From contig JAUCBJ010001698.1 in assembly GCA_032718475.1 (NCBI GenBank), positions 1-64,000 on the forward strand: a stretch of DNA of 64,000 bases, in the 5' to 3' direction. Shown piece by piece: positions 27,214-38,700 of this stretch. Positions within the stretch are counted from its first letter, which is position 1, and every line of letters starts with the position of its first letter. The position numbers were made by a program, and so were the translations under genes. Origin of the DNA: Nemertoderma westbladi (lineage: Eukaryota; Animalia; Xenacoelomorpha). The notes under the pieces were generated by a model that searched no databases, was not told where the DNA came from, and saw only the letters and a program-made list of their open reading frames with translations.

Positions 27214-28572
27214 GTTTATTTGTACAGTTGAATGCCTACTGCTATATTACAGTTAATGCAAGTCTAATAATTCAGTATCAACTGTTAGCCTAGTAATTAA
27301 TTACCGATATCGTTACTCAGTGTAACGTGATATATATACAATATGTTACAATACCGGTATACACTTATAGTATATATATAAGTATTATTACAGACTAGGT
27401 TTGTCACAGAATACCGGTATATAATTTCAGCAAAAATATATAGATATATAATAAGCCTATCGTGAAACAGCTTATACTTATAATATATAAGTATAATTAT
27501 AGACTAGAATTAATTACAGAATACCGGTATATAATTTCAGCTTAGATTTATAGAATAAATATAATAAGCCTATTGTAAGTACCGGTATGTCAATTATTTT
27601 AGAAAAATTGAATTTCTGAATTTTTAAGGGTTACTTAGTTACTTTACTTGACTTTATTACCGTTATTTAAGCAGTAGTCCAACTGATATTAAGACCTAAT
27701 TGTTGTATGACAGGCCTACTATTTTATAAATCGGTTTGAGTTGATTTATAATATATATATACCCGTATAATGGGTTTTGTCAATGTTTGAAATAAATGTT
27801 ATTATTTCTGGGAAGGAGTCACTACACAGAAGCTATACGCTCTCAGTGAAGTGCTACTTGTTGGACACTAAAACAAATAATTCTAATTTGCCTAAGTTAC
27901 TTATTACTACAAATTACGTACAATTGCGGGGTGAGATTACAATCTCTAAGTAAACACAAAAATTACAAGTACGAATTTTTAGGGTAATTTTACAAGAAGT
28001 CTACAAACCAGCCTAACAAAGGGTTAGAATATCTGGTTATTACAACGGACAGGATACTACGGTATTTGAAAATAATACGCAGTAGTAAATATATTGCGTT
28101 GTCCAGATAGGAAAAATACCACCGTCTGACGACTTATAGCCATATCGCTATAAGTACTACGTTATGTTTCACGGAGTGTTCCTACCTAGAAGTTAATTAC
28201 CGCGGCCTACCAGAGCCAACATGCCTATTAACCACTTTACAACATAAATATACTGCCTACACACTAATTACCTTCGGAAAACACTGTACTCTAAACCCTA
28301 GATTAGGTACAAGTACTTGTATAACAAATAACCAGCAGTTAAATATACTTGTACAGCTAAAAGAACCACGGTATCTGCCGGAGTGACCAGAGCACAAAAT
28401 CTCCAGTCTTTACCTACGCCAAGCAGCCCTGATGTAGTACCGGGGTTAATTTAACTATAACGGTATGTATAACAAGCACAATTACTGTAGGAATAAACTT
28501 GGGGTTGTGAATGTTGCGAATAATCGCATAAACTCTGAATAATAAATATTGCGCTACGCGTACAGACTTCTC

Positions 28573-29120
28573 AAACAAAATACAGACAAAACGCTGGCAG
28601 ACCACTATCAAGCCTAAACAAACTACAGTATATGCAGACTCCGAAATGGTTAGTTAGTATGCGTTCTAACCTAGTAGCACGACTTATTCTTTCGGGGGGG
28701 ATTCACCTTACAACTCAAGATGCCCCCACGTTCCTAACTGGTACTTTATCGGACATACACTCTACACACACTGCAACCTCTTCAGACCTAACAACAGCCA
28801 GACAACAGTCCAGCCTACAAATTATCTGAATAAGAAATATTACGCTACCCGTACAGCCTACACAAACAAAATACAAACCAAACGCTGGCAGACTACTATC
28901 AAGCCTAAACAAACTACAATATATGCAGACTCCGAAATGGTTAGTTAGTATGCGTTCTAACCTAGTAGTACGACTTATTCTTTCGGGGGGGATTTACCTT
29001 ACAACTCAAGATGCCCACCACGTTCCTAACTAGTACTTTATCGGACATACACTCTACACACACGGCAATCTCTTCAGACCTAACAACAGTCAGACAACAG
29101 TCCAGCTTACAAATTGTCTG
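28573..29120. repeat. ~256-bp tandem duplication (period ~291) in the element 1 5' leader
   Basis: 28573-28828 and 28864-29120 are near-identical (AAACGCTGGCAGAC...GCAGACTCCGAAATGG...CAGACAACAGTCCAGC). Confidence 0.9.
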
Positions 29121-29398
29121 TACAATCTGAGCAGGCTTACACGCCTTCTGCTCAATATTAGCCTACAAATAAATAAAACTGACAGAAATAAGTAAACCAT
29201 ACAAAGGAATAAGGGGTGATCAATCCCTAATCCCCTAATAGCCTACAATATACAATATATCACAATCGAAATAATACTAGTATCTGTACTGGTGTAAGTA
29301 CCGGTCCGGGTGGTTAGGTAGTTGGGCCTACTGGTTACCGGTCGACCGGTACTTTTCAACTTTATTGCCTACTGCAATAAAGAAGCAATGACTGTTAT

Positions 29399-30604
29399 TG
29401 TTCGCGCTTTCAGACCTTTAGCAGTTTAACCTGCCAAATTTAGGTGTCTTCTAAGTTATAAATCGACTTTAGCCTATGACGAGTATTTGATACACTACAT
29501 TAGCCGAAGCCAGCCTATGCGCGACCATTCACCCGCTGGATATACCCGGGAGACTGGATACGGAAGCTCTGACCTTATTGCGGTGTAGGCCTACTGTATT
29601 ATTCGATTGATCGTTAATATATAATCTCTGACAAATATTATTCACTTTCGGGAAATACTAACAGTTCCTTTAGGACGTGGCGCTCTAAATATATAAACAG
29701 AGTTATGACTTATACTAAACACAACGGGATGGCTAATGATTCACGTATAAGGCGCATTCTTTAGGAGATGCTTTGTTATCTGTCACAGTCATGCACACTA
29801 CCGCACAATGCTGCACACCGATCTGCCGACCTTCACTAATTTTAGTCACATATAAAGAGAACAGCAATTGACACCTGTAGTGCCTATGAAATAGCATTAG
29901 ATTCACTCCAAAACCAATATCATATAAGTCGCAATTGCTATATGTAACCGGTCTCTTACCTTCAGTATATCAAGAAGATGGGGTTTTATGATTATTTATG
30001 GATATTATCCAAATATAACAATATTCCATCAACAGATACAATTAATAACCGACAGTAAATAGCAGTAAAATAATGCGGTGAAAGGTATGTATAGCATTTG
30101 AGTCTGACCAGTTTGGTTTGATATGTGCTGACTTGATATGGTTTGATAACAGTTATACGTTTCGGTAATCAAAGCCGTTCTAATGTTTGGCTAAAGTCTG
30201 AAACACAGAATAATTCCATAGCCGATGTTCTGGCATCAGGAAAAAAGGTAAACATAAACCATAATGCATTGCGCGATTTCCCGGAGGCCTCTGTGCAAAT
30301 AAAATGAAAATCGCTCTGATTGGTCGAGTGAGTGAACAGAGTGAGCCTGAACAAAGAAAGCTCCACGAGTACACTAAATCAGCTGATAGATGTCGTAATC
30401 TGAACTACACTGTATTAAGAGTATTTTGGCGCATTGCGACACAAAATGGCTTGTTATGTCCGCCAAAGTACACATACAGAAAAAACAGCTTTTTATGTCC
30501 GCTAAACACCGATACAGTAAGAAAACGGCTTTTTATGTCCGTTATAACATCTACAGAGTACTTTGCAGGGAAAATGACTAGCTAATTCCGCAAAAGCCTT
30601 TACA
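29399..30604 (-). repeat. Element 1 5' LTR
   Basis: Copy of 12226-13431, followed on the plus strand by TSD AGGCC. Confidence 0.97.
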
Positions 30605-30638
30605 AGGCCTAATTAAAAATTATCTTACACAAAGACAG

Positions 30639-30708
30639 ATTATTATTATTATTAATATTATTATAATTATTATTATATTTATTATTAATTATTATTATTA
30701 TTATTATA
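30639..30708. repeat. (ATT)n microsatellite
   Basis: Imperfect tandem ATT. Confidence 0.85.
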
Positions 30709-31790
30709 AAATTACAAAACATATCGGAAATTACTAAAAAAAAACACATCTTAACAAAATACACAAGAGACGTAACTTGAGAATTGTATTATATCTTAAA
30801 AATTAAATTAAATTAAAAAAAAATGTATATAAAAATTAAATTGTATTTATGTATGAATGGTTACTTTGAGTTTATATGTGTGTTGTGTGCGGATATGTTG
30901 TGCAAAGAAAATATCCGAATAAAAGATATAAATAAGTCTGGGCGGACCCAAGTATAATGGTCCAAGTGGGACCGGTAAGAGGGTAAGGGAGTAAGTACGG
31001 ACGGATGTATACTGCTAGCGGTTAGTCTGCTAGTACAGCCAAAGCAGGACCGTGACGCTAGGACGAGTCCGTCTGACAGTTAGTGTAACGCCCATGTGAA
31101 GAATACCAGGATTTCACTTTTCGGTCGACTTATTATTGTAATTTTATATATGAAGATTTTTTATTTTTTTTTATTTATCTTTATTAAGTGTTTTATATCG
31201 CTTATTTCTGTCTTATAACCTGTACATAAACTAATTTGTTTATTGTTTTTGTTAGATTCAGCCCTTCTGTAACCTGTATTTTTGGTGAAAACCTGGTATT
31301 CTTCACATGGGGGTAACTGCAAAGTGAAATATAACGGCAGAAAGTCTGGTATACTTCACATGGGCCTAGAGTAAGGCCGATATGGAGGCCATGCTCTGTG
31401 TACGTACAGTATGTGTAAACAATGGAGGCGTGGCTCAGTGTACGTACAGTATGTGTAAACAATGGAGGCCATGCTCAGTTTACATACAGTATATCTCAAC
31501 ATGTTGTATGTGTGTGTTTGAATGCGTGGTGTGCACATAATACATACTTTATTATTTATTAATTAATTACACATCATAATTAACATACAGTATTCCTTTA
31601 CTTTAAGTAATGTACATCATTTCTATACGTTGAGTTTTAATGAATAAAGAGTACCATTCAATTCAATTCAATTCATTTCAAGACTTAGAATTATTGAAAG
31701 AAATACAGTAGTCCTACAGTACCACTTTAAATATATTGTCTAATATAAGATTACATACGTTTTCTGATAATACTCTATTTTACCTTACAG

Positions 31791-31999
31791 ATACTTATGT
31801 TGTGCTTCGTGTCTTTCACGGTCCAATTACAATACAAAACTACTCAACCAACGTGAAACACGCTTCCTGTCACCCCGTTTTCAAACAAATATTCAACTTC
31901 CAAGTCCCCGATGGTCTAAAACAGTTGAGAGAACTGACCTTAGAGTTTTCATTATGTGAACACAGTCATGTTAGACGGCAGGATAATATATTTGGTCAG
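31791..31999 (+). CDS. Synaptotagmin-family exon, C2B (DTYVVLRVFHG...HPVFKQIFNFQVP...DNIFGQ)
   Basis: ttacag|AT...CAG|gtaaat junctions; phase matches the 10672 donor (G+AT = Asp of PDTYV). Confidence 0.9.
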
Positions 32000-32298
32000 G
32001 TAAATATTTTGAAACCGACTTCATGATACTACAGTGTGTGTAGGCTTATTTGCTAAAGTAGGCCTAGTATGTATGTACAGTATGATGTAAGAGGATGTAT
32101 GTATATGTCTATCCTAGACAATCTAAATACAGCGGGTGAGAATTCTTTATCCCGTGAATACGAGAATATTAGAGTCCATGGAACACATCGTATGAGTTAC
32201 ATACCTTAGTGGTTCACCACATGGACAGATGTAATTGTAGAAAATTACATATGGTAGACCACTACCGGTATATTTACTATCATTTACCAGCTAATTAA

Positions 32299-32946
32299 CC
32301 CTATCTGGCTCGGGCTATATTTTACAACGTAATTGGCCCGGGGGGCTATTTTACAATTTTTTTAGATCTTAGCTCAAAAATTACAATTTTGATGGGATAA
32401 GGGTTTTTGAGGTCGCTGATCACAATAAAAATTGTTAAAAATATTTTCTGTCAATGCAAACATCATTTTTGATGCTATTTCGGTCCTCCAGGACGAAAAG
32501 TACAAGTAAAAAAATGTCAAACTAAAAAATTTTGTGTTTGGTTTGATAATTCTGAAAGTATACGGATTTTAGATGTCCCTGGTCCCAATGAAACTACAGT
32601 AGTTAAAGATTTCTGGTAATGCAAACCCAATTTTTTTACATTTCTGGTGCCCCAGAACGAAAATTACAAGTAGCACACAATTATAAAGTGTTAAATTTTG
32701 CCAGAAGCTGCACTGATTTTCAAGGTCGCTGATCACGATACAACTCGTTTAAAATCATTCTTGGTAACGCAAATATCATTTTTGGTGCTTGCCTGGTGGG
32801 ACGAAAAATACAAGTTTAGTATAAAATTTCAAACGGCAAAAATCGAATTTGTTTGGATAATGCGATATTGTTAAGTGTCATATTCGTAATCAGCGTCCCA
32901 GAAAACACATAATGTATAAAAATGAGGTTGATTTGGTAATGATGTT
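32299..32946. mobile_element. TTAA/CCCT-ended MITE-like element, interrupted by LTR element 2 and resuming at ~51740-52010
   Basis: TTAA-CCCTATCTGG start. Sub-repeats (GCTGATCAC, CGAAAA..ACAAGTA) recur inverted on both sides of element 2. The right TIR was not found. Confidence 0.55.
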
Positions 32947-34890
32947 TATAGAATTATATTCTCTAAATGCCGTGGATTTTCAAAATTTTATTTTATTCGA
33001 ATTAACTTTGTAAAAGATTGCTTTGAATCCTCATTTGTATTTGTTATATCTATTGTACGCCTATTGGTCAAGTGGTTCAGTAGCTCAGTCGGTAGAGCGT
33101 TGGAAATTATATGTGTAGTAGGTATTGAGTTCGAATCCTAGTAAGAGCGAATTATTTTTTGTGCAGAATTTCAACTCATTTAAATTAACCGCTACAAATT
33201 AATTGCATTTGTCTGTACCAATGAGACTGTAGTTATTTGATTGTAACCAATGTCGTGCAAGTTATATATTAGCTGGACCAATAGCTATCTTTAAAACCCT
33301 GTTAGAACCTATAGAACAATCGAGAATTTTCTCGATTGATTGCAGCACAAATTTGCTATATAAAGGTGCGATTTGTTCATTAGTTATTCAATCTTCAATC
33401 TTATACATCTCAGTATTTACATTCATTATCTCAGTGCATTCTATCTATATCTTTCTGATCTTATTAGTTATTATCTTATCTGTTTGATTTTGTAATAAAA
33501 GTTAGAAATACTTGTCAATCTCAGCCCTTTTCTATCTGTTTTACCATGATTCACTACGGTGAACAAACCTAAGGGACAGGATGGCCGGCCAGAGATCGGG
33601 CCGCAGCAATGAACGGGAACATCGGGGGAATGTAGACGAGAGACAACCCGCAATACCATCTTGAGTTATTCGCCCATCGCCTGAAAGGTTAGACAGCGTT
33701 CGACGCCTTGCTACCTAAGTATAAGACCAAAAGATCATAAGGTAGAAGTAGTGGCACGCTGTGAGCCTAAAATTACATCTTAGGGACTGTACTGTCTTGA
33801 TTCAGGAAAAAACCACAGTAGACCTTCATATTCCTACGGGGGGGGGGGAGAGCGCAGGCAGATACTAGTACGCAGATAGGACGTAGGCACACCGGTACGA
33901 AGCATACAAATTGGTAGGGTGCAGCAAACTGTACGCCTAACTCTTGCTAAGTACAGGTGTGTGTGCGACTATTTGTAGTACGACAGTGTCCATTGCATTA
34001 GAACTTGTAGGCTAGGGGGGTTGCTGTGTTTTCACCTGAATTGGGATTGTACCGTTCAGGCGGTAGGGCAGTTTACAGCTAGGCGCAAATAAATTGAGGC
34101 TATTAGGGATACTAACATCTACCGTGTCCCCGCCAACGCCCAAATAGGAAGTTACCCGGACTACCTGGGTGACTAAAATTCTAGATAGGAGCCAGGATAG
34201 CTATTAGTAACTGTACGCCTACAGTAGTAAACTAACACATCTCTTCTTAGTATCAGGGACCTGGTACCTAAAATTGCCGAATTCTGGGCGTAGCATTAAC
34301 CTTATGCCTGAATTTGAGTCCTGGAAATACGCAAGAGGGGAAGGAACCTTATCATTCGTGAGTATTGGACCTACAAGTTACAAAATTAGAATATTCGTAA
34401 AATGCACACCGTACCCAGTAATTATATATGTGAAGGAGCAAAACTGTCTTTGACCGTTCAGAATTAACACACGCGCGTTAGAAATTATTTACACCTCAAA
34501 ATATATAAAATTAACTTTCGTCCGTACTGTGCTTTGCCCGCTAGTTAGACATCTCCAAATCTCTGCCTGTGTACCTAGCTAGCGTCCTTTCGCCCAACCA
34601 TATAAATCACACCGCGGCAAAGTGTACGAGCCTCTTAGTCCGTCAGTGAGTCAGCCTGATTTTAGGATTCGCTGCGCGGGATTTTGTTTCACCGAAGTTT
34701 GTCTGCTCGTAGACTGTTTTCTGCCTCACCGGTTATAAGAGATCAATACTGCAATATATTCGCTTACTTAGTTTACTGTTTTGGTGAGAAGGTCGGATTT
34801 ATGATTTGATTCACAAACTTTACAGTAGGATATTGCAGGTATTGTTACTGTCTCTTCCATATAGTAGGAATAGGCGTATCTCTTCCAATA
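32947..34890 (+). repeat. Element 2 5' LTR (1944 bp, TA...TA ends)
   Basis: Identity with the 3' copy starts at TATAGAATT and ends at CTTCCAATA. TATATAAA at 33357; AATAAA at 33494 and 34088. Confidence 0.95.
33074..33160 (+). promoter_or_regulatory. tRNA-derived Pol III cassette in the LTR (second copy 49921-50007)
   Basis: A box/D-arm TAGCTCAGTCGGTAGAGC, B box GAGTTCGAATCC, T6 terminator. Acceptor and anticodon stems do not pair. Confidence 0.7.
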
Positions 34891-35740
34891 GTAGGAATAT
34901 GATTATTTTAACATATTTCCTAGAATAGTAGGAATATGTTTTACTGAACTACGGTTCGGTAGGACTAAAGTTATTTGAAAATTTTGTATTTTGAGGTAAA
35001 AATTTATATTTGATTAGCTAAGTGCTAATATTTTGAAAAAAAAAAATTTGATTTGAACCGCGTGTAAAATATTTTGGAATTGAATACCGGTGTTTAAAAA
35101 AGGGTTTAAATACCATATTGTACCGGTACAAAATTTTTCGTAAAAGTAAAACCTAACTCTTTTGTTTTTCAGGATTCAGAACTCATTTCTAGACTGTAAC
35201 GGGAGCAAGACCGTGTTTAGCAAGTTTGGGAGATAGATAACTCAACAACTTTGGTTGGGAAAATCGCGTTTCGTCCGCAACGTTAAAAACGGAAAGGTTC
35301 ACGTCCGGTTTGTATCTGGGAATCTGTTTTTCTGGAGAATTATTGGAGTGGGTGAGTTCAAAAAGTTGCATAAATAAGTTAGGCATTACCGTATTAGTTA
35401 AAATTATTGTGGGTTCCACTGTCTCAAGTATTTATGCATTCCGTATGATTTCTTTGTTCATTGCTGAATTAGTCCGTATTATTGTATTTAATTTACCTTT
35501 TGATAACGCATATCGTTATCCGATTTATTTGTTATAAAATTGGCCACTAGGCTAATTTTATTATATACTTATTCCGTGACATTTATTTGCTGTAAAATTG
35601 GCCGTTTAGGCTAATTTTATCCATCTGCTATAAAATCGGCCGGTAGGCTAATTTTATAAGACTGTAATTAGTACCGTTTAGATAAAATACGGTAAGTTTG
35701 ATACTTTGACACTCACTTTACTTGACTTACAACTACCGAA

Positions 35741-38700
35741 ATGAGTGACAAACAAAACTATACGAAAAATACACAAACCGACTATGACTCATGTGACGCG
35801 GATAAGTCAGCAGCGGAAGAACAACAGGGGAAGACTCGCGAGCCTACCGAACCTACACCGTGTGCGTCACCAGTACATCCAACGGGAGTACCGGATGCCG
35901 TAGTACGAGGCGACGGCAGGACCAAGGACTTTCTAACTGTTCCGCAACCTAGATACAGGGAAACGGACATGGTGAGTTCAGCAGGAAGTCAGGAAAGCGT
36001 TGTTAGGAGCGTCGGAGGATACATGGCGCATATTACCAGGAGTATTGGAGAAGGCCAATGCGTATTAGACGAGTTGACTGCGCCGATGTCTCGATTCGAG
36101 TTCTACACCCTCCAGGTGAGAGTACAGAGTAAAGTATATAAGTCCGTAGATAACCTAATTGGTCTACAAGATCTAGCTAGACAGAGACAGGACATGGATA
36201 CTCAACTTAGAATCCTCGAGAAACTAATGATCGCTAGAGAGAAACTGATTCAGTTTAAGTCGACGATTAGACACATACAACAGGAACAAGCGGACCAGTT
36301 GTTAGGTGAGTCAGTTTCGGACGAATTATTACAGCCCGAGGAAGAACAGGAACTGTACCGACTGGATGGACAATTGAAACATCTGACGGACCACTTACGT
36401 ATGTGCGGCGAAGACGTCGGCGATTCGGAAACCGTACCGGAATATACGAGGGAAACTTCACCCGTACGAATCGAATCGGCACCGGGAATACTGGACCAAT
36501 CGTTAGTGAGTATTCGCAGCGAAATTGGCGAGATAAGTATAGTGACGTCAGAAATTTCCAGACAGCAACAACAAGTGGATAGACAACAACGGGAAGCGGA
36601 GGAACAAGCTCAACTGTTGACGGCACAAGGAGCCGTACAAGAAGAAAAACTACGCGTTGCGGATGTTGCAAGAATCTCTCATCTGCAAGAACAAGCCGAG
36701 TTGGAAGCGGCTGAGATGGAAAGGTTGGAGCTAGAAATAGCACAGCGAACAGCGGCAGCTGAGTTAGCGCAACAAGCGGCAGCAGCTGAGTTAGCGCAAC
36801 AAGCGGCAGCAGCTGAGTTAGAACGACAAGCGGCAGCAGCTGAGTTGGAAGAACACAAGCGAGTTTCGGAAGCAAGAGCTGAAATGAAAAAACGGCAAAT
36901 AAAGGCTCAATCAGTGATAAGACAAGCGGAGCTCGAGGCGCAACAACGACAGACGGAACAACGCGAGAAGGAAGTTAAACTTCATTTCGAACTCGGGAAG
37001 AAGGCGAGAGAATTAGCCAACGCGAAGGAAGATCTGGATCTGCAAGCCCGCGATCGATCAATGAGATCTCGAGACGGACATGACTTGGACCAGATAGAGG
37101 TAAGACATCGCCAAATTCAGGAATGGAAGAAGGAAGGAAGCGTAGGAGCACCCGGACGGGAACGACAATTAGTAAAGGACTTGTGTCAACGATTCCCACA
37201 GGTAACTCATATGTTTGCACCGGTTACGACTAAGGAACCTGTTTCGATTGCGGGTAGTAGTAACATTTATCCTATCCATGGTGCGACGGAACACAGGTTT
37301 GTTATTCCGGACGAGTTTACACCGCCAAGAGCAACGTCGTCGCCTATTCCGAAAGTCAAGGTAAGTAACCCACCGATTACAGATCGTAGTAGTTTATTAG
37401 TCGAACCTGTATTACTGACGACTAAACAGGTGAGTCCACCTCTGACGCCAAAACCTGTTACACACTACGCTTACCCAATGACGTTTAGGCCAACAAGGCC
37501 TTTGGATTCAAACGCTGTTACTCGACCACCGGTTCAGTTTACATCGCAATCTACGACTTCGAGGAAGACTTGTGAGCCTACCGAACAACAGAGAACAGTG
37601 GATACGCGACCGTTCAACCAATTTACATCGCAATCTACGACTTCGAGGAAGACTTGTGAGCCTACCGAACAACGGAGAACAGTGGATACGCGACCGTTCA
37701 ACAAATTTACATCGCAATCTACGACTTCGAGGAAGACTTGTGAGCCTACCGAACAACGGAGATCAGTGGACGATGTTCCAAAGCGAAACGTTAGAATTCG
37801 TACGACGCAATGGACGCGAGCACGTCGACCACCATATCCAGATGATAGTAGTACTTCGAGCGAATCGGATTACCCGAAACGCGAGGTATTTAGAACAGGG
37901 GCGGCCGATGAATACAAACGCGAGCGTTCAGACAACTCCTTTGTAGACAATCCTCCACAGAATACACCAACACAGAAGGCGTTACAACCAACGAGGCAAA
38001 TCAGTACACAACAGTTCGCCGACATCCTGCGACCAGTTGTTAACAAGTTGGCTCAGATCGAGGAGCGTCTGGAGGAAGTTCAAACCGACAGTTCGAGGAA
38101 CACTGAGTTCGAACACAATAGACACCCGAAGGAACCACAAAGACCGGTACCTTCAAAACACACATCGTATCAGGGAAAAGCGCCAAGAAGGGAGAATATC
38201 AACCTGGTTACCAACCAAGGACGCGAAACTCTGAACGTTGCCGAGGAGATAGCGAAATTCGCAGCCAGACAAGGATTGCCGGTACAACAACCACCGAAGT
38301 TTTCCGGTAGCTCAAAACACTGGCACACTTTCGTAGACTATATCGAATCCCAGATCGCCATGTGCGCCTTTACATCACGGGAGAAGTTCAATTACCTGCT
38401 CCAAACGTTGTCAGGAGAACCTAAACGTTTGGCAGAGACTTTCGTCGGTGTACCGGACGCCTTCGAACTAGCGTACGATCGTTTAACTTCGATATATGGA
38501 GGTACAGTCAGTATGGCCAGGTCAGTAATAGAGGAACTCTGTAAGGGAGGGGCTATCACTAAACCCGTCGACTTATTAAAACTGGCCGACGAGATAAAGA
38601 ACGCTATCACTACTTTAAGATCCATTGGACAACTTGACTACGGGAATACCCCTACAGTCCTATTAAAGATCATAGGACGACTCCACCATCGACTTCGTCG

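Larger units (their letters stand above)
12226..30604 (-). mobile_element. BEL/Pao LTR retrotransposon, element 1 (18.4 kb, full length, decayed)
   Basis: Two 1206-bp LTRs with TG...CA ends; 5-bp TSD AGGCC (12221-12225, 30605-30609); gag-PR-RT-RH-IN plus an extra ORF. Confidence 0.97.

Noticed and set aside
33074-33150. Functional tRNA gene
   Set aside because: Acceptor and anticodon stems do not pair; only the promoter boxes and D arm remain.
33580-33660. HDV-like ribozyme in the LTR (GGCCGGC start)
   Set aside because: I could not build the nested double pseudoknot by eye.
36267-36875. Antisense ORFs over gag and pol (also 25820-26230, 41875-42282, 48612-49061)
   Set aside because: Shadow frames of repetitive or biased coding sequence.
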